64,000 bases of DNA from an uncultured Candidatus Saccharibacteria bacterium (GTDB taxonomy: Bacteria; Patescibacteriota; Minisyncoccia; Phycocordibacterales; UBA6899): positions 522 through 64,521 of the forward strand of contig CAYLUP010000002.1 of NCBI GenBank assembly GCA_964386905.1, in the 5' to 3' direction. The translations under genes were made by a program, and so were the position numbers. Positions 47,219 to 56,018 of the stretch are shown here, one piece after another. A model generated the notes under the pieces. It saw only the letters and a list, made by a program, of their open reading frames with translations, was not told the DNA's origin and did not search any database. Numbering within the stretch: position 1 is the first letter of the stretch; each line of letters opens with the position of its first letter.

Positions 47219-47284
47219 TACAAAGCCGCGAAAGCGGCTTTTTTATGGGGATAAAAATAGATACTTACTGGCATTGATGATATA

Positions 47285-48001
47285 ATGCAACTGAAGAATA
47301 TGACAACCATTCTCTTGAAACTCTCAGGTGAGGCACTCTCTGGTGATACACAGCAGGGATTGTATTCGGAGTTTGTCTTGCAATCAATTACAGCGACGCT
47401 CTCGCGTATTGTTGCTGCATCGCATCGAGTCATGATTGTTATCGGAGGAGGAAATATTGTTCGCGGCAATACTCTCGCGCGTAATCTTTCAGTTTCGAGG
47501 CCGACGGCTGATTATATTGGAATGCTTGCGACAATTCAGAATGCCTTAGTGCTAAAGGAATATTTTCAGGCGCACGGGCTTGATGCACGTGTTGCATCGG
47601 CAATTGCAATGCCGCAAGTGTGTGAACCCTATGTTCCAATGCAAGTGAAGCAGCATATTGAAAATGGCCGCGTGGTGATTTTTGCCGCGGGGCTTGGTGT
47701 TCCATATTTTACTACAGACACCACAGCGGTTCAGCGCGCACTCGAACTTTCTGCTGATGAGGTTATTTTTGTAAAGAATGGTGTTGATGCACTCTATGAT
47801 GCGGATCCAAAAGTGGTTCCGACAGCATCTCGCATTCGAAGTATCACCGCATCACGTGTTATTGAAAAAGAGCTTCGTGCGCTTGATCTTTCTGCTGTTG
47901 CTCTTGCGCGTGAGCACAAGCTTCCTCTCCGCATCATTGGTATGGGAAACATGGGACAGATGCTGAATCCTGAACTCGGAACAACAATTTCTCCAGAATA
48001 G
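47285..48001 (+). CDS. pyrH: UMP kinase
   Basis: LKLSGEAL, IVIGGGNIVRG, FAAGLGVPYFTTDTTA motifs. Confidence 0.9.
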   Translation: MQLKNMTTILLKLSGEALSGDTQQGLYSEFVLQSITATLSRIVAASHRVMIVIGGGNIVRGNTLARNLSVSRPTADYIGMLATIQNALVLKEYFQAHGLDARVASAIAMPQVCEPYVPMQVKQHIENGRVVIFAAGLGVPYFTTDTTAVQRALELSADEVIFVKNGVDALYDADPKVVPTASRIRSITASRVIEKELRALDLSAVALAREHKLPLRIIGMGNMGQMLNPELGTTISPE

Positions 48002-48002
48002 T

Positions 48003-48632
48003 ATGCAAGATGACACGCTCCAGAACCAGTGTGCGCCATCCTCTGATGAGTGCTCAGGTGATTTGCATCAAGGCATGTGTTGCCTTGACGCTTTTTCTTT
48101 GTCTGCTCACATACGCAATGGCGCGGTTGGGGTTCTTGCGACAGACACATTGTATGGGCTTGTCGGCACAGCGCTTTTTCCGGATGTTGTGAATCGGATA
48201 TATCAGTTGAAACGCCGTAATGTTCACAAACCACTCATTATTCTCGTTTCAGACGTCGAACAAATGAAGTACTTTGGCGTAGAGTTGTCAAAGGATATCC
48301 TTCGCGCTGTACGGACGTATTGGCCTGGTAGGTATTCCATTGTGTTCAAGACATCACAACCAGATCGTTTTGATTATCTCACCCGAGGGACGGGAACATT
48401 GTGTTTTCGTATGCCTGATCGAGCGGATCTTTTTGAGCTCATTGATCTCGCTGGCCCTATTGTGGCCCCCTCGGCAAACCCAGAAGGTCAGCCGCCAGCA
48501 AAAACGATTGCGGAAGCAAGGATTTACTTTGGTGAGCAAGTCGATTTTTATTGTGATGCAGGCCTTATTGATCGTGAACCAAGTATTGTTGTTGAATACA
48601 ATAATGGGGAAATGAAAGTACTCAGAGATTAG
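48003..48632 (+). CDS. tsaC: L-threonylcarbamoyladenylate synthase (Sua5/YrdC/TsaC family)
   Basis: YrdC-fold motifs (VGVLATDTLYGLVGTA; PSANPEGQPP); single-domain about 209 aa. Confidence 0.8.
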   Translation: MQDDTLQNQCAPSSDECSGDLHQGMCCLDAFSLSAHIRNGAVGVLATDTLYGLVGTALFPDVVNRIYQLKRRNVHKPLIILVSDVEQMKYFGVELSKDILRAVRTYWPGRYSIVFKTSQPDRFDYLTRGTGTLCFRMPDRADLFELIDLAGPIVAPSANPEGQPPAKTIAEARIYFGEQVDFYCDAGLIDREPSIVVEYNNGEMKVLRD

Positions 48633-48750
48633 CGATGAGACAGAAATAGCAAAAACGAGGTTGCTGTGTTTTGAGAAAGTGATAATTTCCACGTAATATG
48701 CAATATACATCTTCCTTTGCATTTTCCTATTCCGCCATTATAATCAAGAA

Positions 48751-50550
48751 ATGATAGATTCAATGACGATGCGGTCACGTTTTTTGGAGTTTTTTAAACA
48801 ACGTGGACACGCAATTTTGCCTTCTGCATCACTGATCCCAGAGAATGACCCATCTGTGCTATTTAACACTGCAGGCATGCAGCCGTTGGTACCATATCTG
48901 TTGGGACAACCGCATCCACAAGGAACACGTCTCGCAAATAGTCAGAAGTGTGTTCGCACTGTCGATATCGACGAGATCGGAGACAATACTCATGCAACTT
49001 TTTTTGAGATGCTTGGGAACTGGTCGCTCGGAGACTACTTTAAACAAGAAGCTATTTCTTGGAGTTTTGATTTCCTCACCAACATAGAATATGGACTTGC
49101 GCTTGATCCAAAAAAGCTCTATGTGACTGTTTTTGGCGGGAATGATGACGCGCCACAGGATGATGAGGCATATGCAATTTGGGCAAAACATTTTTCCTCT
49201 GTAGGCATCAATCCGGAAGGGCACATTTTCTATATGAAGACACTTCCAAATGGAAAAGAGCCGAACTGGTGGAGTCCTGGAGATAACGGCCCGTGCGGTC
49301 CAGATTCAGAAATGTTTTACAATGTTTCTGGTAAGGACTTGGGGAATCTCACCCATGCAGAATTTGTTGCTGCAGATGATCGGCAAGATATCGTTGAAAT
49401 TTGGAATGATGTGTTCATGGAGTATGAAAAGAAGGACGGAAAAGTTGTCGGGAAGCTCGCAAAACAAAATGTTGATACGGGTTCAGGGTTAGAGCGTGTT
49501 TTGATGGTGATGCAGGGGAAGAACAATATCTTCGATACAGACATTTTTGCACCTATCATGACATATACACGGACGATTACGACTGGTGAACGAAGTGCAC
49601 GGATTATTGCCGACCATATGCGTACTGCAATTTTCTTGATTAGTGATGGTGTTCGTCCAAGTAATTCTGATCAAGGCTATATTCTCCGCCGCTTGATTCG
49701 TCGTGCGGTATTACGTACAACGTCGAAAACACTTTCCCGTGACGCCGTTGTAGATATTGTGCGTATTATTTCCGAAAAGTACATTGGAGTGTATGACAGT
49801 ATTTGTGAGCAGCAAAGGGAAATTGTGGATGTTATTGACGGCGAGTCAAAGAAGTTTGAGCGTTCTATCGAACAAGGCTTGAAGCAATTTGAACGTATCG
49901 CAAAACACGGATTAACGATCTCCGGTGATCAGGCATTCGATCTCTATCAATCCTATGGTTTTCCATTTGAGGTGACCAGGGAGGTCGCTCATGACAGAGG
50001 CATGACTATAGATGAGGAAGGATACCGCATTAAACTTGCAGAACATCAGGCAAAATCACGTGCTGGTGCAGAGCAGAAGTTTAAGGGTGGTCTTGCGGAT
50101 CATAGCGATAAGGTGGTGAAGTATCACACGGCAACGCACTTGTTGCACCGTGCGCTCCATATCGTACTCAACGAGGATGCAACGCAGAAGGGGTCAAATA
50201 TTACCGAAGAGCGTTTGCGTTTTGACTTTGCCTATCCTACAAAGATGACTCCAGAAGAAATCAAGAGAGTAGAAGATATCATCAACGAGGTTATCGCAAA
50301 GGATCTTCCTGTGTTCTATGAAGATGTGCCAAAGGAAGAAGCAGAGCGCCGTGGCGCACGTGGACTCTTTGGAGATAAATATGGAGACATCGTCCGTATT
50401 TATGAAATTGGAAAAGGTGATGAGCGTTTCTCGATTGAATTCTGTGGTGGACCGCACGTCGAGCGCACTGGTGTGCTGGGTCATTTTCGTATTACGAAAG
50501 AGGAAGCATCATCTCAGGGGGTACGAAGGATCAAGGCAGTGCTAGAGTAG
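48751..50550 (+). CDS. alaS: Alanine--tRNA ligase, short form (599 aa; lacks C-Ala domain)
   Basis: Class-II AlaRS N-terminus (FLEFFKQRGH, FNTAGMQP, WGGP-like), editing-domain HTATHLLHRAL (HxxxH) and C-terminal CGGPHV...VRRIKAV. Confidence 0.85.
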   Translation: MIDSMTMRSRFLEFFKQRGHAILPSASLIPENDPSVLFNTAGMQPLVPYLLGQPHPQGTRLANSQKCVRTVDIDEIGDNTHATFFEMLGNWSLGDYFKQEAISWSFDFLTNIEYGLALDPKKLYVTVFGGNDDAPQDDEAYAIWAKHFSSVGINPEGHIFYMKTLPNGKEPNWWSPGDNGPCGPDSEMFYNVSGKDLGNLTHAEFVAADDRQDIVEIWNDVFMEYEKKDGKVVGKLAKQNVDTGSGLERVLMVMQGKNNIFDTDIFAPIMTYTRTITTGERSARIIADHMRTAIFLISDGVRPSNSDQGYILRRLIRRAVLRTTSKTLSRDAVVDIVRIISEKYIGVYDSICEQQREIVDVIDGESKKFERSIEQGLKQFERIAKHGLTISGDQAFDLYQSYGFPFEVTREVAHDRGMTIDEEGYRIKLAEHQAKSRAGAEQKFKGGLADHSDKVVKYHTATHLLHRALHIVLNEDATQKGSNITEERLRFDFAYPTKMTPEEIKRVEDIINEVIAKDLPVFYEDVPKEEAERRGARGLFGDKYGDIVRIYEIGKGDERFSIEFCGGPHVERTGVLGHFRITKEEASSQGVRRIKAVLE

Positions 50551-50552
50551 TC

Positions 50553-50610
50553 ATGAGTCATGAGTTATGAGTCATGAGAAAAAACACCATCATGTGATGG
50601 TGTTTTTTAT
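50553..50610 (+). repeat. (GTCATGA)n heptad repeats followed by terminator hairpin acaccatcatgtgatggtgt+T6
   Basis: gtcatgagtcatgagttatgagtcatgag, then a perfect 20-nt palindrome and T-run. Confidence 0.7.
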
Positions 50611-50646
50611 TGCCAGTGTTGGTCTGGTATGTACAATATAAGTGAT

Positions 50647-50997
50647 ATGGTTACAAAGAAATCTCTGGAAAAGTATGGTTTTACTCCATTTTCGCTCCAT
50701 GTTGTGTATTGCGCTCTCTCTATACCCAAAGGACGAGTAACGACGTATGGAAGGATTGCAAAGGCAGCGGGAGGTGGTTCGATGAGTGCACAAAGCGTTT
50801 CAGGGATTTTGTGGCGAGCATCCCAGAAGGGAGTAAAAGATATTCCTTGGCATAGAATTGTTTATGCTGATGGCAGAATCTGGCTTGATGAAGTGTCAAA
50901 AAAGGAGCGTTTAGCATTGCATCGTAAAGAGGGGATAATTATTGACACAAAAGGGAAGGTTGTTGATTTTGAAAAGAAGCTATTTGAGTATACTTAA
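50647..50997 (+). CDS. Alkyltransferase-like (Atl) protein, MGMT DNA-binding domain with PWHR in place of the PCHR active site
   Basis: TYGRIAKAAG...PWHRIV: helix-turn-helix MGMT fold, but the catalytic Cys is replaced by Trp, as in Atl proteins. Confidence 0.65.
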   Translation: MVTKKSLEKYGFTPFSLHVVYCALSIPKGRVTTYGRIAKAAGGGSMSAQSVSGILWRASQKGVKDIPWHRIVYADGRIWLDEVSKKERLALHRKEGIIIDTKGKVVDFEKKLFEYT

Positions 50998-51063
50998 TCG
51001 CATTCATAGTGTTTCACTTTCCTCCTTGCCTAATTTGATGGATTGTGTTACATTGTCCACACT

Positions 51064-51297
51064 ATGAAGACGGATATCCACCCTAAATTTAATGAGCAGG
51101 TAAAGGCAGCTTGTGCATGTGGTGCAGAGGTTGTTGTTGGTTCAACTCTCAAAGAAATCAACGTTGAAATCTGTTCACACTGCCACCCCCTCTTTACTGG
51201 TACTGAGAAGGTTATGGACACAGCAGGCCGCATGGAGAAGTTCAAGGCTCGTGTAGCTGCGGGAACAGCGAAGAAGGCTACAGTCAAGAAGAAGTAA
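51064..51297 (+). CDS. rpmE: 50S ribosomal protein L31
   Basis: MKTDIHPKFNEQVKAACACGAEV...CSHCHP...; Zn-ribbon Cys pattern. Confidence 0.9.
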   Translation: MKTDIHPKFNEQVKAACACGAEVVVGSTLKEINVEICSHCHPLFTGTEKVMDTAGRMEKFKARVAAGTAKKATVKKK

Positions 51298-51300
51298 GAA

Positions 51301-51410
51301 AACAGTCATGAGTCATGAGTCATGAGTCAGTAGTGTCGCAAAGCGGCTCTGATGATTCATGCTTGGCTTATGGCTTTTTCATTTCTCATGTCTACATACT
51401 CATGACTGAT
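51301..51410. repeat. (GTCATGA)n repeats in inverted arrangement (gtcatgagtcatgagtcatgagtcag ... ctcatgactgatgac) between rpmE and prfA
   Basis: Direct inspection; inverted heptad blocks about 50 nt apart can form a long hairpin. Confidence 0.65.
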
Positions 51411-52404
51411 GACTACTATTATGGAATACGATACAGCACAATTTAAAGAGGATTATCGCACCAAGTATTTAGCAGAAGACTTGGAGCGCATGCAACGCGA
51501 ACGCGCAGAGCTCGACGTGCTTCTTTCTGATCAAGAAATGGCAGATCTTGCAAGAGAGGACGCTACGACACTTGATGCCGCAATGAAGGAATTGTACGAG
51601 CGGCTATTGGCAATTCAAAAGGCCGCAGAAGAGGAAGAGGAGATCCCTCGAGAGCTCGTCCTTGAGGTTCGCGCAGGTGTTGGTGGTGAAGAGGCTGCAA
51701 TTTTTGCGGAAGACCTTGCACGCATGTATCAAATGTATGCAAAAGAAAAAGGTTGGAGATTTGATGTTATTGATGAAAGCCGTGCTGAAATGGGCGGGTA
51801 TAAAGAAGCATCGTTCGAAATCACAGGGAATGAATGTTATGAATTACTCCGGTATGAGACTGGTGTGCATCGTGTTCAGCGCGTTCCTGCAACTGAAAAG
51901 TCCGGACGCATCCATACCTCTACCGCCGCTGTTCTCGTGCTTCCGATTCGAAAGAAGTCCAAAGTGCAGATTAATCAATCAGACGTTGAGATGCAGTTTA
52001 CCCGTGCTGGTGGGGCTGGAGGTCAGAATGTGAATAAGGTGGAGACAGCTGTGCACTTATTTCATAAACCATCCGGAATTCATGTCCACTGCGCTGTTGA
52101 GCGTTCTCAGTTGAAGAATCGTGAAAAAGCATTTACTATTCTTGCTGCAAAGCTCGAGCAGCTTGAGGATGAAAAGAATGCTGCAAAAAATGCAGAACTT
52201 CGTTCCGCTGTAGGCTCTGGAGATAGGTCTGAGAAGATTCGTACGTATAATGTCCTTCAAGATCGTGTGACTGATCACCGAATAAAGGAATCGTGGCATG
52301 GCATAGAGTCCATCCTTGCAGGTGGTGTTGGCAAGATTGTTGAGACTGTGCGTGAGCGTGCACTTGCGGGGACGATGGGTGACGGTTCTGATGATGACGA
52401 ATAA
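51409..52404 (+). CDS. prfA: Peptide chain release factor 1
   Basis: GGQ motif ([11 protein letters not shown]), PAT tripeptide anticodon motif (RF1-type), 331 aa; terminator agccgctcgagggagcggctttt follows. Confidence 0.9.
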   Translation: MTTIMEYDTAQFKEDYRTKYLAEDLERMQRERAELDVLLSDQEMADLAREDATTLDAAMKELYERLLAIQKAAEEEEEIPRELVLEVRAGVGGEEAAIFAEDLARMYQMYAKEKGWRFDVIDESRAEMGGYKEASFEITGNECYELLRYETGVHRVQRVPATEKSGRIHTSTAAVLVLPIRKKSKVQINQSDVEMQFTRAGGAGGQNVNKVETAVHLFHKPSGIHVHCAVERSQLKNREKAFTILAAKLEQLEDEKNAAKNAELRSAVGSGDRSEKIRTYNVLQDRVTDHRIKESWHGIESILAGGVGKIVETVRERALAGTMGDGSDDDE

Positions 52405-52961
52405 GAAAAAGCCGCTCGAGGGAGCGGCTTTTGGATATCAACGAAGCGTCTGTGCGAGCTTCGGGAGATGGACGAGATGGAAAAGGACCTCCTCAGCGAT
52501 GGTCGGATCAATGATCTCGATGTGCCACTTCTCTACATGCCTAAGCATGCCGATGCGGGCAGTATACGAGTCGTTGCGTGTCTGGATGCAGATCTCGCTG
52601 TGTACGAGATGCGCTTCGCGGGCCTCCTCAAATCCGTCTTTGGGTTTTGGGCAGGCGGTGCCTCCGATGATGAGCCATCCTCCACTTGCAACCATGGTTC
52701 GAAAGGTATCGACATGGAGCCTCCGTGGGAAGTGTGACGAGCGTTGTGGGGTGGGCATGATGCTCCTGTGCTGTGGGTTGTTGGAAAGAACGTCAGTTAT
52801 TTATACAATACGATAATTTATCAGTCAAGTATTTTTTGTGTTGCGGTTGCAGGCAGGAGCTTCTTTGGCGCATTATTGGTTTCATAATTGAATACTCTTG
52901 CTTTTTTGTCCTTCTATGGTAATATTCGCCTATTATTCACAATTAACATAGAGGAAAGAAT

Positions 52962-53660
52962 ATGACAGAAAATACCGTAATCGATGCTTTGTTTAATGCC
53001 GGTGCGCACATTGGATTTGGGCGCGCTCGCCGCCATGCCTCTGTGCGCTCACAATTGTTTGGCGCAAAGAATGGCGTAGATATCATCGATCTTACTAAGA
53101 CCGTAAAGCAGCTTGATGCAGCATGTACTGCAGCTCGCGAGCTTGGAAAGCAGGGAAAGACCGTGCTTTTCGTTGGCGCAAAGAAGGAAATCGCAGATCT
53201 CGTTCTTGAGGCAGCAACTGCAGTCAACATGCCATATGTGGCAAGCCGTTGGCTCGGAGGAACACTCACCAACTTTGTTGAAATCAAGAAGCGTATCGCA
53301 CGCTTGAAGTCACTCACTGAGCAATTTGCGAAAGGTGATCTCGTGACAAAGTATACGAAGAAGGAGCGCTTGATGCTCGAGCGCGAATTGAATCGCTTGA
53401 AGGCTGATTTTGGTGGTATTGCTTCATTGGAGCAAATCCCCGCAGCATTGATTGTTGTCGATTCACGTGCAGAAAACATCGCAGTCACAGAAGCTGCAAA
53501 GGTGCGCATTCCAGTTATCGCATTGTGCAATACAGATAATGACCTCACAAAGGTTACCCATCCTATCCTTGCAAATGACGGTGCTCGCGATAGCGTAAAA
53601 TACTTCCTTGATACTGTTTCTTCAGCATTCAAGGCAGGAACCGCTCAGGCAGTAAAGTAA
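52962..53660 (+). CDS. rpsB: 30S ribosomal protein S2
   Basis: FNAGAHIGFGRARRHASVRSQLFGAKNGVDIIDL; 232 aa. Confidence 0.9.
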   Translation: MTENTVIDALFNAGAHIGFGRARRHASVRSQLFGAKNGVDIIDLTKTVKQLDAACTAARELGKQGKTVLFVGAKKEIADLVLEAATAVNMPYVASRWLGGTLTNFVEIKKRIARLKSLTEQFAKGDLVTKYTKKERLMLERELNRLKADFGGIASLEQIPAALIVVDSRAENIAVTEAAKVRIPVIALCNTDNDLTKVTHPILANDGARDSVKYFLDTVSSAFKAGTAQAVK

Positions 53661-53806
53661 TACAGAATTAAGTATACGGAATGACGAATTAAGCAAGAAT
53701 ACTTAATTCAGTATTCTGTATACTTAGTTCTTTTGCTATAATGCGTATTGTCCTATTATGACGACGAGCTCCCGAATACTCTGGTGCTCATAACTAATCA
53801 AACACT

Positions 53807-54406
53807 ATGGAAATCAACATGGATATGGTCAAGCAGCTTCGCGATGAAACGAATGTTGCAATTATGCAGTGTAAGAAGGCACTTGAGGATGCAGGTGGAG
53901 ATATGGAGAAGGCTCGCATGGCGCTTCGCAAGAAGTCAGCTGAAATCGCAACAAAGAAGGGAGATCGATCTCTCGGCTCAGGCGTTGTTGCTGCATATAT
54001 TCATGGTAATGCAACAGTAGGGGCACTTGTTGAACTCAACTGTGAGACAGACTTTGTTGCAAAAAACGAGGACTTTAAGAAGCTGGCATATGATATCGCA
54101 ATGCATGTTGCTGCAGCTGCTCCAAAATATCGCATTGAAGACGATATCACGGAAGAGGATCGTGCGAAGGCAGCAGCGTTCTTCGTCGAAGAGGTTGAGA
54201 AGCAGCTTGCTGGAAAGCCTGAAGAAATCAAGCAGAAGGCTCTCGAAGGGAAGTTGAATACGTTCTTTGCGGAACAGGTTCTTTTACGTCAACCATATGT
54301 AAAGAATCCAGATATGACTATTGCGCAATTGATTGATGGCGCGGTTCAGAAGTTCGGGGAGCGCACGGAACTTACTCGTTTTTCTCGATTTATTGTTGGG
54401 AAGTAA
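53807..54406 (+). CDS. tsf: Elongation factor Ts (short form)
   Basis: MVKQLRDETNVAIMQCKKALEDAGGDMEKA UBA-like N-terminus; LNCETDFVAKNEDF; 199 aa. Confidence 0.85.
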   Translation: MEINMDMVKQLRDETNVAIMQCKKALEDAGGDMEKARMALRKKSAEIATKKGDRSLGSGVVAAYIHGNATVGALVELNCETDFVAKNEDFKKLAYDIAMHVAAAAPKYRIEDDITEEDRAKAAAFFVEEVEKQLAGKPEEIKQKALEGKLNTFFAEQVLLRQPYVKNPDMTIAQLIDGAVQKFGERTELTRFSRFIVGK

Positions 54407-54470
54407 AGAAATGCCTGCGGGCATTTTTTGCTGCAAAAATTGTGGAATATGGTATAATATATAGACCGTT

Positions 54471-54923
54471 ATGACTTTTCTTGTCACTCTTTGGATTGCA
54501 TCAGTTATCGGCTTACTCGTGATGTTTGTGGGCGCTTTGGCGGGAGTCACCTCTCGACACGCAGGAAAACATCTCTCTCGAGGTGTCCCCGTTGGTTGGT
54601 GGGATCTTCTCGTGTTGACATATCAAGACACCATTTCCGCTGCTGTTGACTTGTGGCATGCATTTTTGCCATATATCCACAATGGAATTACAGCGATTCT
54701 TGCACGCCTTCTTGCATCAAGAGATCGTGTCTATGCAAAGCTTTTTGGTTATCCTGCTGTTCCACAGGGAGGAGTAGTCTCATTCTTTTTGAAGCGGATT
54801 GTTGCACATAAGGAAGAGTTCCGTCAGAAAATGGAAGAGAGGCAAGCACTCTATGATGAAATTCCAGAAGAACAGGAAAAAGAAAAGTATCAATTTTCAG
54901 ACTTAAAACCAGAAAAGGAATAG
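54471..54923 (+). CDS. Small membrane hypothetical protein
   Basis: 150 aa, N-terminal TM, charged C-terminus. Confidence 0.4.
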   Translation: MTFLVTLWIASVIGLLVMFVGALAGVTSRHAGKHLSRGVPVGWWDLLVLTYQDTISAAVDLWHAFLPYIHNGITAILARLLASRDRVYAKLFGYPAVPQGGVVSFFLKRIVAHKEEFRQKMEERQALYDEIPEEQEKEKYQFSDLKPEKE

Positions 54924-55059
54924 GATATGGTAGAGGGGGGGGATGGGGTAAGGGATTTTGTCACAAAAAATATCTCCACACCCTGTTCCCCATAGTCCTA
55001 ATCTCGTCTTTCATTCATCCTCTAGCCAAAAATTTATTTTTGTGTATAATACCCACATT

Positions 55060-55132
55060 GCCACCTTAGCTCAGTTGGTAGAGCAACGCTTTTGTAAAGC
55101 GAAGGTCGTCAGTTCAAGTCTGACAGGTGGCT
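55060..55132 (+). tRNA. tRNA-Thr (anticodon UGU); no encoded CCA
   Basis: Cloverleaf: acceptor GCCACCT/AGGTGGC, D-arm GCTC-AGTTGGTA-GAGC, anticodon stem ACGCT/AGCGA with loop TTTGTAA, T-arm GTCAG-TTCAAGT-CTGAC, discriminator T; upstream -10 tataat; downstream hairpin acgccttggcgt+T5. Confidence 0.85.
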
Positions 55133-55224
55133 CTACGAAAAATACGCCTTGGCGTGTTTTTGTTTACAACTCGCATGCGACAAAGAGTGTTCACGGGACT
55201 CCCTTCTTTCGCTTTCTTTCATCT

Positions 55225-56016
55225 ATGATATTATCGTCATATATGTATTCACGAGAGCAAATTGGGCTCGATGCAACACTTCCAGGAAAAGGGAACGAGC
55301 GCGGTTCTATGCATCCAGTATCCATTATGATGCGCGATATCACTGAGATTTTTGGGACAATGGGATTTAGTATCGCTGATGGTCCAGAAATAGAAACAGA
55401 GTATTACAATTTTGATACCTTAAATATTCCAAAAGATCACCCCGCACGAGATATGTGGGATACGTTTTGGTTGAAGGATAAACAGGGGGTAGAGAAACTC
55501 TTGCTGCGTACACACACATCCCCAGTGCAGATTCGGCACATGGAGAAAAAAGGTGCGCCGATTCGTATTATTGCACCAGGAAAAGTCTTTCGTTACGAAG
55601 CAACAGATGCGACTCACGAAGCGCAATTCCATCAATTCGAGGGATTGATGATTGGCAAGAAAGTCTCTCTCGCAGACTTGAAGGGTGTCCTTGAACTCTT
55701 TTTTGCACGCCTCTTCGGACGTCCTATGCAAGTGCGTTTTCGCCCATCATATTTTCCATTTACCGAGCCATCCGTTGAGATTGATATTGGGTACACGAAT
55801 GCGAAAGGAAAAGTTGAGAAATGGATCGAGGTTATGGGTGCAGGTATGGTGCATCCGAATGTCCTTCGTGCTGGAGGTATTGACCCAGAGCAATATCAGG
55901 GCTTTGCTTTTGGTGGAGGAGTCGATCGCTTTGTGATGTTGAAGTGGGGCATCCCTGATGTGCGCATGTTGTACTCTGGGGACCTGAGGCTTATTGATCA
56001 GTTTGATACTATCTAG
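55225..56016 (+). CDS. pheS: Phenylalanine--tRNA ligase alpha subunit (short form)
   Basis: Class II motifs: HPARDMWDTFW, FRPSYFPFTEPS, GAGMVHPNVL...GFAFGGGVDRFVM; the track ORF upstream part reads through the tRNA gene, so the start is placed after it. Confidence 0.85.
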   Translation: MILSSYMYSREQIGLDATLPGKGNERGSMHPVSIMMRDITEIFGTMGFSIADGPEIETEYYNFDTLNIPKDHPARDMWDTFWLKDKQGVEKLLLRTHTSPVQIRHMEKKGAPIRIIAPGKVFRYEATDATHEAQFHQFEGLMIGKKVSLADLKGVLELFFARLFGRPMQVRFRPSYFPFTEPSVEIDIGYTNAKGKVEKWIEVMGAGMVHPNVLRAGGIDPEQYQGFAFGGGVDRFVMLKWGIPDVRMLYSGDLRLIDQFDTI

Positions 56017-56018
56017 TT

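Noticed and set aside
52316-52816. 166-aa ORF overlapping the 3' end of prfA
   Set aside because: Starts inside prfA in another frame, has Cys/Arg-rich low-complexity composition, and spans the prfA terminator.
54958-55224. Upstream part of the pheS track ORF
   Set aside because: It translates straight through the tRNA-Thr gene and its terminator; the start was moved downstream of the tRNA.
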